NCBI GenBank assembly: GCA_051745165.1
Contig: JBNJDU010000003.1
Coordinates: 8,127-72,126, forward strand
Reading direction: 5' to 3'
DNA from: Patescibacteria group bacterium
Lineage (GTDB): Bacteria; Patescibacteriota; Minisyncoccia; Minisyncoccales; PWPS01
Length of the DNA: 64,000 nt
In this document: positions 51,085 to 61,339 of the stretch, in pieces
Layout of the letters: every line of letters starts with the position of its first letter
How positions within the stretch are numbered: position 1 is the first letter of the stretch
Position numbers and translations under genes: made by a program
The notes under the pieces: model-generated
The model's database searches: none
Told to the model about the DNA's origin: nothing
What the model saw: the letters and a program-made list of their open reading frames with translations, nothing else

Positions 51085-52755
51085 ATGTTTACGAAAAAAA
51101 TAAAAGAAGAAATACAGCAAGAAATAGATCAACTGTTTGATTTTTCAGTTGATTTAGAAGAAATAGAATTAGAAAGACCCACTGATGAGAATCATGGAGA
51201 TTTAAGTACTAATATTGCTTTTAAATTAGCAGGAAGAGTTGGTAAAAATCCAGAAGAAATAGCTAAAGATATAGCTAGCAATTTATCAAGAGAAGAATTC
51301 AACTCCAAAAATAAAAAAGGTTTTATTAATTTTTATTTTACTGACAGCGCTTTAGTAAAGACTGTAAAAGAAAACCTTAAATTTAAAGAGAAAGAGGTAC
51401 CTAAAACGATGGTTTTAGATTATTCAGCTCCTAATATTGCTAAACCATTTGGAATTGGCCATTTAAGATCAACTATTGTGGGGCAAGCAATTTATAATAT
51501 ATATGATTTTTCTGGCTGGGAGGCTGTAGGAGTAAATCATTTAGGTGATTGGGGTACTCAGTATGGTAAACTTTTATATCAAATAATTGAAAAAGATTTA
51601 GATCCAGAAGAACTTTCAGTTAAAGATTTAGAAAAGCTTTATGTTGAATTTCACAAAGAAGCAGAAGAGAACTCAGAAATGGAGGATGAGGCAAGAAAGT
51701 GGTTTAAAAAGCTAGAGGATGGAGATAAAAGGGCAAGAAAAATTTGGGAAAAATGTGTTGAGATTAGCACGGAAGAGTTTGATAAGACATATGATCTTTT
51801 AGAGGTAGATATTGATCATTGTATTGGAGAAAGTTTTTATGAAGATAAAATGGAGGCAGTTATCGAAGAAGCTAAAGATAAAGGAATTGCAAAAGAATCA
51901 GAAGGGGCATTAATTATTGATTTTGATGAAAAAATGCCACCAGCTATGTTATTAAAATCTGATGGTGGTACAAATTATTTTACTAGAGATTTAGCTACAG
52001 TTAAGTATAGAATTGAGCGTTGGGATCCAGATTTATTTATTTATGAAATTGGAGCTGATCAAAAACTGCACATGAAACAATTATTTGAGACTGTAGAAAT
52101 GTTGGGTTGGAGAAAAAAAGAAGATTTTATGCATGTTGCTCATGGAATGTATAGGTTAAAAAGCGGAGCAATGTCGACCAGAAAAGGAAAGACTATTCAC
52201 CTTGAAGATGTACTTAAGGAAGCAATTGAGCGAGCAGAAAATATAATAGAAGAATCAGAAACAACAGGAGAAATGACCGACGAGGAAAAGAGAAAAGCAG
52301 CGGAAAAAATAGGAGTAGGAGCAGTGAAATACGCTGATCTTAAAAAGCATTATAAAAAAGATATAGTTTTTGACTGGGATAAAGTACTTAATTTGAAAGG
52401 TAATTCTGGGCCTTATTTGCAATATACGACACTTAGAGCAAAAAGCGTTTTAGAAAAACATGAAGGAAAAATAAGTTTTGAAATTAAAGATTTGTCTGAG
52501 GAAGAAAGAACCATACTTAAAAAAGTTAGTGAATTTAGAAATGCTGTTGATATTGCTAAAAGAAACTTTACTCCTTCAACAATTGCTAATTATTCTTATG
52601 AATTAGCTAAAAAATTTAATGCTTTTTATGGAAATTATCCTATCTTAGATGCTAAGGAAAATAAAATGCAAAGATTAGCAATAACAAAAGCTAGCTATAA
52701 AACACTTAAAAAATCTCTTTCTCTATTAGGAATATCTTTACCTGAAAGAATGTAA
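51085..52755 (+). CDS. argS: Arginyl-tRNA synthetase
   Basis: SAPNIAKPFGIGHLRS (HIGH-like), GADQKLHMKQ, MSTRKGK, and a C-terminal DALR anticodon-binding domain. Start at ATG 51085, because the longer ORF-track start overlaps the upstream terminator. Confidence 0.93.
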   Translation: MFTKKIKEEIQQEIDQLFDFSVDLEEIELERPTDENHGDLSTNIAFKLAGRVGKNPEEIAKDIASNLSREEFNSKNKKGFINFYFTDSALVKTVKENLKFKEKEVPKTMVLDYSAPNIAKPFGIGHLRSTIVGQAIYNIYDFSGWEAVGVNHLGDWGTQYGKLLYQIIEKDLDPEELSVKDLEKLYVEFHKEAEENSEMEDEARKWFKKLEDGDKRARKIWEKCVEISTEEFDKTYDLLEVDIDHCIGESFYEDKMEAVIEEAKDKGIAKESEGALIIDFDEKMPPAMLLKSDGGTNYFTRDLATVKYRIERWDPDLFIYEIGADQKLHMKQLFETVEMLGWRKKEDFMHVAHGMYRLKSGAMSTRKGKTIHLEDVLKEAIERAENIIEESETTGEMTDEEKRKAAEKIGVGAVKYADLKKHYKKDIVFDWDKVLNLKGNSGPYLQYTTLRAKSVLEKHEGKISFEIKDLSEEERTILKKVSEFRNAVDIAKRNFTPSTIANYSYELAKKFNAFYGNYPILDAKENKMQRLAITKASYKTLKKSLSLLGISLPERM

Positions 52756-52757
52756 TT

Positions 52758-53342
52758 ATGAATTTAAAAAATAACTATTACATATTAAGACACGGAAAGA
52801 CTGAGTATCAAAAAGAAAAAGCAGGGTTTACTTACCCTAGAAAGCCACTTAATTCAGTCCCTTTAGCTAAGGAGGGGGCTAAACAAGTTAAAGAAAGAGC
52901 AAAGGAAATTAAAGAGTTAGATATTAATAAGATTTATTCTTCGGATTTTTTAAGAACAAAGCAGACGGCAAAGATTGTGAAAGAGGGAATAAATTTTGAT
53001 AAGGATATAATTTTTGATAAAAGGTTTAGAGATTTGGATTTAGGTGTCTGGCATGACAAAAAGAAGGAAGAATTTTATAATAAGTTTCCGATAAATAAAG
53101 AGTTTTTTAATAATAGTCCAGAACAAGGGGAAAGTTGGAATGAAGTCGAAAAGCGAATGATTGACGCCATAAAAGAAATTGATAAAAATAATAAAAACGC
53201 AAACATTTTGATTATTAGCCATGGGGATCCCCTATGGCTACTTGAAGGAAAAATAAAAAATAAGAGTAAAGAAGAGTTAATAAAAGCAAAGAAAACTAAA
53301 ATAGGATTTATAAAACCCGCAGAACTTATAAAGTTAAACTAA
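52758..53342 (+). CDS. Histidine phosphatase (phosphoglycerate mutase-like) family protein
   Basis: YILRHGKTE (RHG motif) and ILIISHGDPL. Confidence 0.82.
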   Translation: MNLKNNYYILRHGKTEYQKEKAGFTYPRKPLNSVPLAKEGAKQVKERAKEIKELDINKIYSSDFLRTKQTAKIVKEGINFDKDIIFDKRFRDLDLGVWHDKKKEEFYNKFPINKEFFNNSPEQGESWNEVEKRMIDAIKEIDKNNKNANILIISHGDPLWLLEGKIKNKSKEELIKAKKTKIGFIKPAELIKLN

Positions 53343-53352
53343 TTAAAAGCAT

Positions 53353-56181
53353 ATGAATTTTTCAAAGATAGAAGAAGAAATATTGGACTTTTGGAAAAAA
53401 GAAGATATTTTTGAAAAAACACTAGAAAACAGAAAAGATGCTGATCTTTTCAGTTTTTATGATGGACCGCCATTTGCAACTGGAAAGCCACACTACGGTC
53501 ATGTATTAGCCAGTAGCATTAAAGATAGTGTTCTTAGATATAAAACGATGAGAGGGTACAGAGTTCCTAGACGAGTTGGATGGGATTGTCATGGACTTCC
53601 GGTAGAAAACTTAATTGAAAAAGAGATTGATGTGAATAGTAAAAGAGAGATTGAAGAAGAAGTTGGAATAGAAGAGTTTAATCATAAATGTGAAGACTCT
53701 GTATTTAGATGTGTAGATGACTGGAAAGAAACACTTGCTAGGATCGGAAGATGGGCGGATTATGAAAACGATTACTCTACTATGGATAAAGATTATACGG
53801 AAACTGTATGGTGGGTCTTTAAACAGCTCTGGGATCAAGATTTAGTTTACAGAGATTATAGAATTTCTCCTTATTGTCCTAGATGCGGAACACCGATTTC
53901 AAACTTTGAAGTAAATCAAGGTTATGAGATGACGACTGATCCATCTGTATTCATGAAGATGAAGGTAACAAAAGGAGATTATAAAGGAGCGAGTTTGCTA
54001 GCTTGGACAACAACTCCTTGGACCTTACCTGGAAACGTAGCCTTAGTTGTAGATAAAGACTTTGATTATGTGCTAGTTAAACATAAGGAAGAAAAATTAA
54101 TATTAGCTAAAGAAAGATTAGAAGTTTTAGATGGAGATTATGAAGTGGAAGAAGAGATGAAGGGTAAAGATTTAGAAGGAGTAGAATACGAGCCTCTTTA
54201 TCCTTACATGAGTGAAGCTGAGCCGGAAGGAATTGAAAATTGTTTCCAGGTTTACTTAGCTGATTTTGTTACCTTAGAAGAAGGAACTGGAATAGTTCAT
54301 ACGGCTGTTATGTATGGTGAGGATGACTTTGAACTAGGAAAGGAAAAAGACTTACCTTTCTTCCACTTAGTTGATGAAGAGGGTAAATTCAATAAACACG
54401 CCGGAGAGTGGGAAGGAATGTTTGTTAAAAAGGCTGATGAAAAAGTACTAGAAGATTTAGAAGAAAGAGATCTTCTTTATAAAAGACAAGATTACGAACA
54501 CTCGTATCCATTTTGCTGGCGTTGTGATACTCCACTTTTGTATTATGCATTCAATAGTTGGTATATAGAGGTTACTGCCTTTAAGGATCAACTTTTAGAA
54601 AATAACGAGCAAGTTCATTGGGTTCCGGAACACGTAAAAGAAGGACGATTCGGAAACTGGCTTGAAGGAGCTAGAGATTGGTCCGTTTCTAGAAATAGAT
54701 TTTGGGGAGCTCCAATTCCTGTTTGGGAGTGTAAGAACTGTGATCACCAAAAAGCAATAGGTTCAATAGATGAATTAGGTGAAGACCCTGATGATTTGCA
54801 CAGACCTTATATTGATGAGGTTACTGTGGATTGTCCGGAATGTGGTGGAGAAATGCACCGAGTAGAAGAAGTTTTTGATTGTTGGTTTGAATCTGGATCT
54901 ATGCCCTATGCTCAGTTCCACTATCCTTTTGAAGATAAAAAAGAAGCAGAAGAAGCTTTTCCTGCTGATTTTATTGCCGAAGGAATGGATCAGACCAGAG
55001 GATGGTTTTACACTTTACACGTACTAGCAACTGCTTTAACGCTTGAAGATCGAGGTTTAGGAAAAGGAAAACCAGCTTACAAAAACGTTGTAGCTAACGG
55101 ACTACTTTTGGATGAAACTGGTAAAAAGCTATCTAAAAGACTTAGAAATTATCCAGAAATGGATCATGTTTTTGACACTTATGGTGCGGACTCACTTAGA
55201 TTTTTCCTTCTTTCCTCCACTAAAATTGGAGAGGACTACAGATTTTCTGAAGATAGAGTGAAAGAAACAAATCGAAAAGTTATTTCTACGTTATGGCACA
55301 GTCACTCCTTTTTTGACACCTATTTGGAAGAAGGAGATTTAGAAGGTGATATTGAGCCAAATCACGTTCTAAATAGATGGATTCTTTCAAAAGTAAATGG
55401 CGCAAACAAGAGATTAATTAAGCACATGGATGATTATAAATTAACCGAAGCTTCAAGAGAAGTTGAGGAGCTTATTGATGATTTATCCAATTGGTACATT
55501 CGAAGATCAAGGAGAAAACTACAAAAACCAGAAAGTGAAGAAGAAAAGAAGGAATTTGCTCAAACTTTTTATAGAGTATTAGTCAAGATAGTTAAAATGC
55601 TTGCTCCTTATGCTCCATTTGTTTCCGATTATCTCTATAAAGAATTAACCAGCGAAAAATCGGTTCATCTAGCTGACTTTCCTGAAGTTGATGAAGAGTT
55701 GATTGATAAAGATTTGGAAGCAGAAATGAAATTAGCTAGAAAATTAGCTCAGAAAGGTCTCGCAGAGAGATCTAATGAAGCATTAAAGGTAAGACAGCCT
55801 CTGTCTGAAATGAAAGTAACTAAAGAGCTCAGTGAGGGTGTTAAGGAAGTTTTGAAGGGAGAAGTTAACGTTAAAAAAATTACTGTAGCTGACGAGTTTG
55901 ATCTTGTTACTGAAATTACACCTGAGCTAAAAGAAGAAGGAATGGCTAGAGAAATTGTTAGAAGAACTCAACATTTACGAAAAAAAGCGGATTTAACTCC
56001 TGACGAAAAGATTGAGCTTTTCTATAAAGGTGATTTTGAAGATCTTTTTGAAAAGAAAGCAGACTACTTTAAAAAAGAGACTCTTGCTAAAGAAATTTCT
56101 AAACTTGAAGATGATTTGGAATGGACTAAAACAGTAGAAGTTGACGGAAAAGAGCTTATTCTGGGTTTGAAAAAAGCGTAA
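53353..56181 (+). CDS. ileS: Isoleucyl-tRNA synthetase
   Basis: PFATGKPHYGH (HIGH), WTTTPWTLPGN, KLSKR (KMSKS), and Zn-binding CPRCGT / CPECGG. Confidence 0.97.
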   Translation: MNFSKIEEEILDFWKKEDIFEKTLENRKDADLFSFYDGPPFATGKPHYGHVLASSIKDSVLRYKTMRGYRVPRRVGWDCHGLPVENLIEKEIDVNSKREIEEEVGIEEFNHKCEDSVFRCVDDWKETLARIGRWADYENDYSTMDKDYTETVWWVFKQLWDQDLVYRDYRISPYCPRCGTPISNFEVNQGYEMTTDPSVFMKMKVTKGDYKGASLLAWTTTPWTLPGNVALVVDKDFDYVLVKHKEEKLILAKERLEVLDGDYEVEEEMKGKDLEGVEYEPLYPYMSEAEPEGIENCFQVYLADFVTLEEGTGIVHTAVMYGEDDFELGKEKDLPFFHLVDEEGKFNKHAGEWEGMFVKKADEKVLEDLEERDLLYKRQDYEHSYPFCWRCDTPLLYYAFNSWYIEVTAFKDQLLENNEQVHWVPEHVKEGRFGNWLEGARDWSVSRNRFWGAPIPVWECKNCDHQKAIGSIDELGEDPDDLHRPYIDEVTVDCPECGGEMHRVEEVFDCWFESGSMPYAQFHYPFEDKKEAEEAFPADFIAEGMDQTRGWFYTLHVLATALTLEDRGLGKGKPAYKNVVANGLLLDETGKKLSKRLRNYPEMDHVFDTYGADSLRFFLLSSTKIGEDYRFSEDRVKETNRKVISTLWHSHSFFDTYLEEGDLEGDIEPNHVLNRWILSKVNGANKRLIKHMDDYKLTEASREVEELIDDLSNWYIRRSRRKLQKPESEEEKKEFAQTFYRVLVKIVKMLAPYAPFVSDYLYKELTSEKSVHLADFPEVDEELIDKDLEAEMKLARKLAQKGLAERSNEALKVRQPLSEMKVTKELSEGVKEVLKGEVNVKKITVADEFDLVTEITPELKEEGMAREIVRRTQHLRKKADLTPDEKIELFYKGDFEDLFEKKADYFKKETLAKEISKLEDDLEWTKTVEVDGKELILGLKKA

Positions 56182-56194
56182 ACTGATAAATTAA

Positions 56195-56923
56195 ATGTTC
56201 ATTCGTTATAGAACCGAGGCTATTTTTCTAAAAAAATTAAAGCGGTTTGAAGCGGATGAGCATTTAATAGTTTATACTAAAGATTTTGGGAAAATTGGAG
56301 TAACTGGAAAATCAATTAGAAAAATAAAGTCCAAGCTTAGATCCAGTTCTGAATTATTCTGTCATAGTAGTATAGAATTTGTTCGTGGACGCTATTACAA
56401 TATTCTAACTGACTCTGAATTAATAAGCAGTTTTTCTGAGACCAAAAAAGATTTGGGGAAGATGTCAGTAGCTTTTAAAGCAGCTCATTTATTAGATTCT
56501 TTTTTAGCAGAAGAAGAAAAAGATGAGCATTTATGGTTCTTCATTAAAAAAACTTTTTATCTTTTAGATGAGCTTTCTTTTAAAGATAATAAAAAGAAAA
56601 AATTACAATCTTTTTATTATTATTTTGCTTTTAAGTTGTTAGAGTTGTTGGGCTATAAACCAGAAATTGGTAGTTGTACTGTTGATGAACAGGAAGATGC
56701 TAGTATTTTTAGTCCTCGAGAGGGAGGTTTTATTTGTGAAGTTTGTTCTCGAAACATAAAAGATCCTTTGAAAATAAAATTAACTAAAGAAGATAAGACT
56801 TTTTTGCTTGAAATTAGTAAAAATAGTTTTGAAGATTTTATAGAAGAAGAAATTGATTTTTCTGACAATATTAGTGAGATGCTAGCCAACTACATTGCGA
56901 TACTACCTTCTAAAATTTCTTGA
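56195..56923 (+). CDS. recO: DNA repair protein RecO
   Basis: OB-fold N-terminus (TEAIFLKKLKRFEADEHLIVYTKDFGKIGVTGKSIRK) and a Cys-containing C-terminal domain (C..C.....CEVC). Family recognition only. Confidence 0.72.
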   Translation: MFIRYRTEAIFLKKLKRFEADEHLIVYTKDFGKIGVTGKSIRKIKSKLRSSSELFCHSSIEFVRGRYYNILTDSELISSFSETKKDLGKMSVAFKAAHLLDSFLAEEEKDEHLWFFIKKTFYLLDELSFKDNKKKKLQSFYYYFAFKLLELLGYKPEIGSCTVDEQEDASIFSPREGGFICEVCSRNIKDPLKIKLTKEDKTFLLEISKNSFEDFIEEEIDFSDNISEMLANYIAILPSKIS

Positions 56924-56980
56924 ACAGCCTACTTTAGTTTGATAGAATAAATACAATATTTACCGTTTATAAATAAATTT

Positions 56981-58690
56981 ATGAAAAATATATTAAAAAA
57001 AGTAGCTTTCATTAGTTTTCTTCTTGCTTTAGTGGCAGGAACAATTGCTTTTGTTTATTTTGAAAGAGGAGATTTTTCGGAAGCTGATTTAAGAGTGGAA
57101 ATTATTGGCCCAGAAGAAGTAGAAGTGGGTGAAGAGGTTGAATATTCAATAAGATATAGAAACAATAGCGATATTCGCCTAGAAGATGTTTCTGTTACTT
57201 TTGAATACCCAGAAGCTTCAGTACCAGTAAAAGAAGATGAAGATGAGGTGGTTGAAGAAAAGGAAACATTTAGAAGAGTTAGAGATTTAGAAAATATTGA
57301 CCCGGGAGAAGAAGAAGTAATTAACTTTAAAGCTAAAATATTTGGAGAAAAATCGGATAAAGTTGAAGCTAAAGCTTGGTTTGATTACACCCCTCAAAAC
57401 TTATCTGCTGAATATGAAGTAGAGAGAACACATACTGGAGTGATAACAGATGTTCCAATAAACTTTGAATTTGACCTTCCTGGGCAAGTAGAGGGTGGGG
57501 AAGAGTTTGCGTTTAGAGCGCGGTATTTTTCTCAGTTAGATAGTGATTTAGAAAATATTGGGGTTAAAATGAAATATCCTTCAGATTTTGAATTTTTAAG
57601 AAGCACTCCAAGCGGACTTGAAGACAATGAATGGGAAAGAGATCTTTTAGAGTCTAATGAAGGAGCCTTAATAGAGGTGTTTGGAAAACTTGATGGAGAC
57701 CCTGGAGATATAAAAGGATTTAAAGCTGAACTTGGCGTGTGGAAGTTTGATAGATTTATTCCTCTTAAAAAAATTGAGCAAGAAGTATCAATACCGCAAC
57801 CTAATCTTTTTGTTGATATTGTTGTTAATGATTCTTCTGAATACATAGCCGACCCGGGAGAAGATTTACTTTATGATGTATATCTTAAAAATATAGGAGA
57901 TGAAACCTTAGAAGATCTGTTTTTAACTGCTGATTTAGACCAAGAAGTTTTGGATATGAGTAAAACTGAACCAATGGGAGCTAGATTTCAAAGAGAGGCT
58001 GGATCGATTATTTGGAGTCATTCTTCTTTTTCTGAATTAAGAAGCCTTAGACCGGAAGATGAAGAGAAAATATCTTTTTGGACAAGTGTAAAAGAAGAAG
58101 ATTTACCATATAATCCGGAAGCAGTTGTTTCTATGGATCTGGGCCAAATGGAGGAAGAGTCAAGAGTAAAAATTAATACAGAACTTGATTTAAAACAAGA
58201 CTTTTTAATAGAAGAAAAGGATGATTTCGAGTCGGAAGGCCCTTTGCCTTTACGCTCAAACAGACCAAGCACATACACAGTTAGCTGGGAAGCTAGAACT
58301 AGATATAATAATCTTGAAGATGTAGAGATTACTAGCAAATTACCAGAAGGAGCAGGAATAGTTGAAGAAGAATATGAAGATGGAACTGAGTTTGAGTTTG
58401 ATTCACAAACAAGAGAGATTACTTGGAGCTTGGAAGAGGTAGAAGAAGGGGCGGGCTTCTCCCGTAATACCCCTAAAGCTACTTTTCAAGTAGAAAATAT
58501 ACCAATGTCCTCAGTAGAGGAAGATACCACTCTTGTTGGAGAAACAAAAATGGTTGCTACTGATAGTTGGACGGAAGAGACTCTTGAAAAAAAGGTTGAT
58601 GCTTTAGTCCATAAAGATCTTTTGGATAAACATGGACTTGATGCTGAGGATAGCGTAAGAGACTTAGAGTTTGAAGAAGATGAAGAATAA
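56981..58690 (+). CDS. Membrane-anchored surface protein with DUF11/CARDB-like beta-sandwich repeats
   Basis: N-terminal TM helix. Repeated signatures EVGEEVEYSIRYRNNSDIRLEDVSVTFEYP and PGEDLLYDVYLKNIGDETLEDLFLTADL. Confidence 0.65.
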   Translation: MKNILKKVAFISFLLALVAGTIAFVYFERGDFSEADLRVEIIGPEEVEVGEEVEYSIRYRNNSDIRLEDVSVTFEYPEASVPVKEDEDEVVEEKETFRRVRDLENIDPGEEEVINFKAKIFGEKSDKVEAKAWFDYTPQNLSAEYEVERTHTGVITDVPINFEFDLPGQVEGGEEFAFRARYFSQLDSDLENIGVKMKYPSDFEFLRSTPSGLEDNEWERDLLESNEGALIEVFGKLDGDPGDIKGFKAELGVWKFDRFIPLKKIEQEVSIPQPNLFVDIVVNDSSEYIADPGEDLLYDVYLKNIGDETLEDLFLTADLDQEVLDMSKTEPMGARFQREAGSIIWSHSSFSELRSLRPEDEEKISFWTSVKEEDLPYNPEAVVSMDLGQMEEESRVKINTELDLKQDFLIEEKDDFESEGPLPLRSNRPSTYTVSWEARTRYNNLEDVEITSKLPEGAGIVEEEYEDGTEFEFDSQTREITWSLEEVEEGAGFSRNTPKATFQVENIPMSSVEEDTTLVGETKMVATDSWTEETLEKKVDALVHKDLLDKHGLDAEDSVRDLEFEEDEE

Positions 58691-58704
58691 ATTCAATAAA
58701 AATT

Positions 58705-60045
58705 ATGCAAGATTTAACTAAAAAGATAACTTCACTAACGAAAAGAAAAGGTTTTGTTTTTCCATCCTCAATTATTTATGGTGGATTTAGTTCAACATAT
58801 GATTTTGGACCGCGAGGAGTTGCTTTAAAGAAAAATTTAAAAGATCAATGGTGGAAAGAAATGACTAGAAGTCAAAAGGATGTAGTTGGGTTAGACTCTT
58901 CGATTATTATGAACCCAAAGGTCTGGCAAGCCTCAGGTCACCTTTCAAAGGGATTTGCAGACAAGCTAAGTGAATGTAAAGAGTGCCATCAGAGGTTTAA
59001 AGACTTAGAAGAAGATGGCAAAGATATTAACACGTGTCCTGAGTGTGGTGGTGAACTAATGGAGCCTAGAGATTTTAATTTAATGATGAAGACTTTTGTG
59101 GGGCCAGTTGAAGAAAAAGCTACAACTGCATATCTTAGAGCTGAGACCTGTCAAGGAATCTTTGTAAATTTTAAAAATGTGATGGATTCGATGAGAGTCG
59201 ACCTTCCTTTTGGTATTGCTCAAATTGGTAAGTCGTTTAGAAATGAAATTACACCGGGAAACTTTATTTTTAGAATGAGAGAATTTGAGCAAATGGAAAT
59301 GCAATGGTTTTGCAAGGAGGAAAACGCCGATGAATTCTTTGAGTTTTGGTTAGAGCAGAGATTAAAATGGTATGAAAAAATGGGAATGGATATGGATAAA
59401 ATTAGAAAGAATGAAATTGGAGAAGAAGAAAGAGCTCATTATGCTCAAAGACAAGTTGATATTGAGTACAAATTTCCTTTTGGTTGGGGTGAAATTGAAG
59501 GAGTTCACAACAGAGGAAATTGGGATCTCTCAAATCATTCCAAAAATAGTGAAGAAGATTTTGCAATAGATGGAGAATATCCCTGGGTTATTGAAACTTC
59601 AGTTGGTGTAGAAAGGGCCTTCTTAGCCTTTTTAACTGACGCTTATGATGAACTGGAAGATGGTAGAGATAAGAACTCTGGAAAAACTGAAAAAGTGTTA
59701 AGATTGGATAGAAAATTATCACCAACTAAGGTTGCTGTTTTTCCTTTACTTAAAAATAAAGAAGATTTAGTGGAAAAAGCAGAAGAAGTGTTTGATGAAA
59801 TAAGAGATGAATTTGATTGCGTCTATGATGAAACTGGTTCAATAGGTAAAAGATATAGAAGACAAGATGAGGTTGGAACTCCTTTATGTGTGACTGTTGA
59901 CTTTGATAGTTTGGAAGATAATACAGTTACTATAAGAGAAAGAGACACTATGAAGCAAATTAGAGTTAATATTAAAGATTTGCAAAACGTGATTAATAAG
60001 TTTTTACGCGGAGAGGAATTTACTTCTCTAGGTGAAGAAGTTTAA
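58705..60045 (+). CDS. glyQS: Glycyl-tRNA synthetase (alpha2 type, GlyQS)
   Basis: Class II motifs (YLRAETCQGIF, FRNEITPGNFIFRMREFEQMEMQWF, GVERAFLA) and an anticodon-binding domain. Confidence 0.95.
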   Translation: MQDLTKKITSLTKRKGFVFPSSIIYGGFSSTYDFGPRGVALKKNLKDQWWKEMTRSQKDVVGLDSSIIMNPKVWQASGHLSKGFADKLSECKECHQRFKDLEEDGKDINTCPECGGELMEPRDFNLMMKTFVGPVEEKATTAYLRAETCQGIFVNFKNVMDSMRVDLPFGIAQIGKSFRNEITPGNFIFRMREFEQMEMQWFCKEENADEFFEFWLEQRLKWYEKMGMDMDKIRKNEIGEEERAHYAQRQVDIEYKFPFGWGEIEGVHNRGNWDLSNHSKNSEEDFAIDGEYPWVIETSVGVERAFLAFLTDAYDELEDGRDKNSGKTEKVLRLDRKLSPTKVAVFPLLKNKEDLVEKAEEVFDEIRDEFDCVYDETGSIGKRYRRQDEVGTPLCVTVDFDSLEDNTVTIRERDTMKQIRVNIKDLQNVINKFLRGEEFTSLGEEV

Positions 60046-60049
60046 GAAT

Positions 60050-61327
60050 ATGCAAGATTACAAAAAACACAACTTATCTAGTGGGATGGATTTAATTACA
60101 GTACCTCAAAAAGGTACTAAAGCAGCTGTTGTTTTAGTGTTAGTTAAAACAGGTTCAAAGTATGAAGAGAAGGAAATAATGGGAATTTCTCACTTTTTAG
60201 AGCACATGCTATTTAAAAAGACAGAAAAAAGACCGAGCCCTTTAGACATAGCTGAAACTCTTGATAAAGTTGGAGGTTCTTACAACGCCTTTACTTCTGA
60301 GGATTTTACTGGTTACTATGCAAAAGTTAATTCTGAAAAATTAGATTTGGCTTTAGATTGGGTTTCCGACATTTATCTAAACTCTTTACTTCCAGCTCAG
60401 GAAGTTGAAAAAGAAAAAGGAGTAATTGCAGAAGAAATTAATATGCGTTACGACAACCCAATGACTTATAGTCAGGTACTATGGCAAAGACTTTTATATG
60501 GTGATCAACCTGCTGGGTGGGATGTTTCCGGATCGAAAGAATCAGTTGCAGGGATTACTAGAGAAGATTTATTGGACTATATGAACACTCAATATACTGC
60601 TAAAAACACTTTAGTTGTTCTTGCTGGAAATATTAATCATAAGGAAGGAAAGAAAAAAATAGAGGATTATTTTTCTGAAATAAGAGATGAAAAGCCGAAA
60701 AGGAAACAAGAAGTTTTTGAAAATCAAAAAGAACCGGAGGTAAAAATATTAAAAAGAGAAACTGATCAGACTCATATGTGTCTGGGAGTACGTGGGTTTA
60801 GAGATGCGCGACCAGAAAGATATACGCAAGAGATTATAGCTACTATTTTAGGAGGAATGATGAGTTCAAGGCTTTTTAGTAAAGTTAGAGAGGAGTTGGG
60901 TCTAGCTTATTACATACAAGCCGCCTCTTCTAGTAATCCGGATACCGGATATTTAGTGACAAGAGCTGGGCTTGATAATTCAAATGCAGAAATTGGAATA
61001 AAAGCGATTTTAAAAGAGTTTAAAAGACTAAAAGAGGAAAAGGTTTCTGACGAAGAATTAAAAAAAGCAAAAGATTATATTAAAGGAAAAACTTCTTTAA
61101 AACTGGAATCTTCTGACTCACTTGCCTTCTATTATGGAAGACAAGCCCTTTTAGAAAGAAACATCTTAACTCCAATGGAGCTTTTTAAGAGAATTGACTC
61201 TGTTGATGCTGATGATATTTTACGTGTAAGCAAAAAAATATTTGTCCCAGAGCGACTTAACTTATCTTTGATTGGTCCTTTCGAAGATAAGGAGGATTTT
61301 AGGGAGATCTTGAAGAAAAATTTTTAA
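60050..61327 (+). CDS. M16-family (pitrilysin-like) zinc peptidase
   Basis: HFLEHMLF (HxxEH) motif with two M16 halves. ATG 60050 preferred over GTG 60032, which lies inside glyQS. Confidence 0.85.
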   Translation: MQDYKKHNLSSGMDLITVPQKGTKAAVVLVLVKTGSKYEEKEIMGISHFLEHMLFKKTEKRPSPLDIAETLDKVGGSYNAFTSEDFTGYYAKVNSEKLDLALDWVSDIYLNSLLPAQEVEKEKGVIAEEINMRYDNPMTYSQVLWQRLLYGDQPAGWDVSGSKESVAGITREDLLDYMNTQYTAKNTLVVLAGNINHKEGKKKIEDYFSEIRDEKPKRKQEVFENQKEPEVKILKRETDQTHMCLGVRGFRDARPERYTQEIIATILGGMMSSRLFSKVREELGLAYYIQAASSSNPDTGYLVTRAGLDNSNAEIGIKAILKEFKRLKEEKVSDEELKKAKDYIKGKTSLKLESSDSLAFYYGRQALLERNILTPMELFKRIDSVDADDILRVSKKIFVPERLNLSLIGPFEDKEDFREILKKNF

Positions 61328-61339
61328 ATCACAAACAAT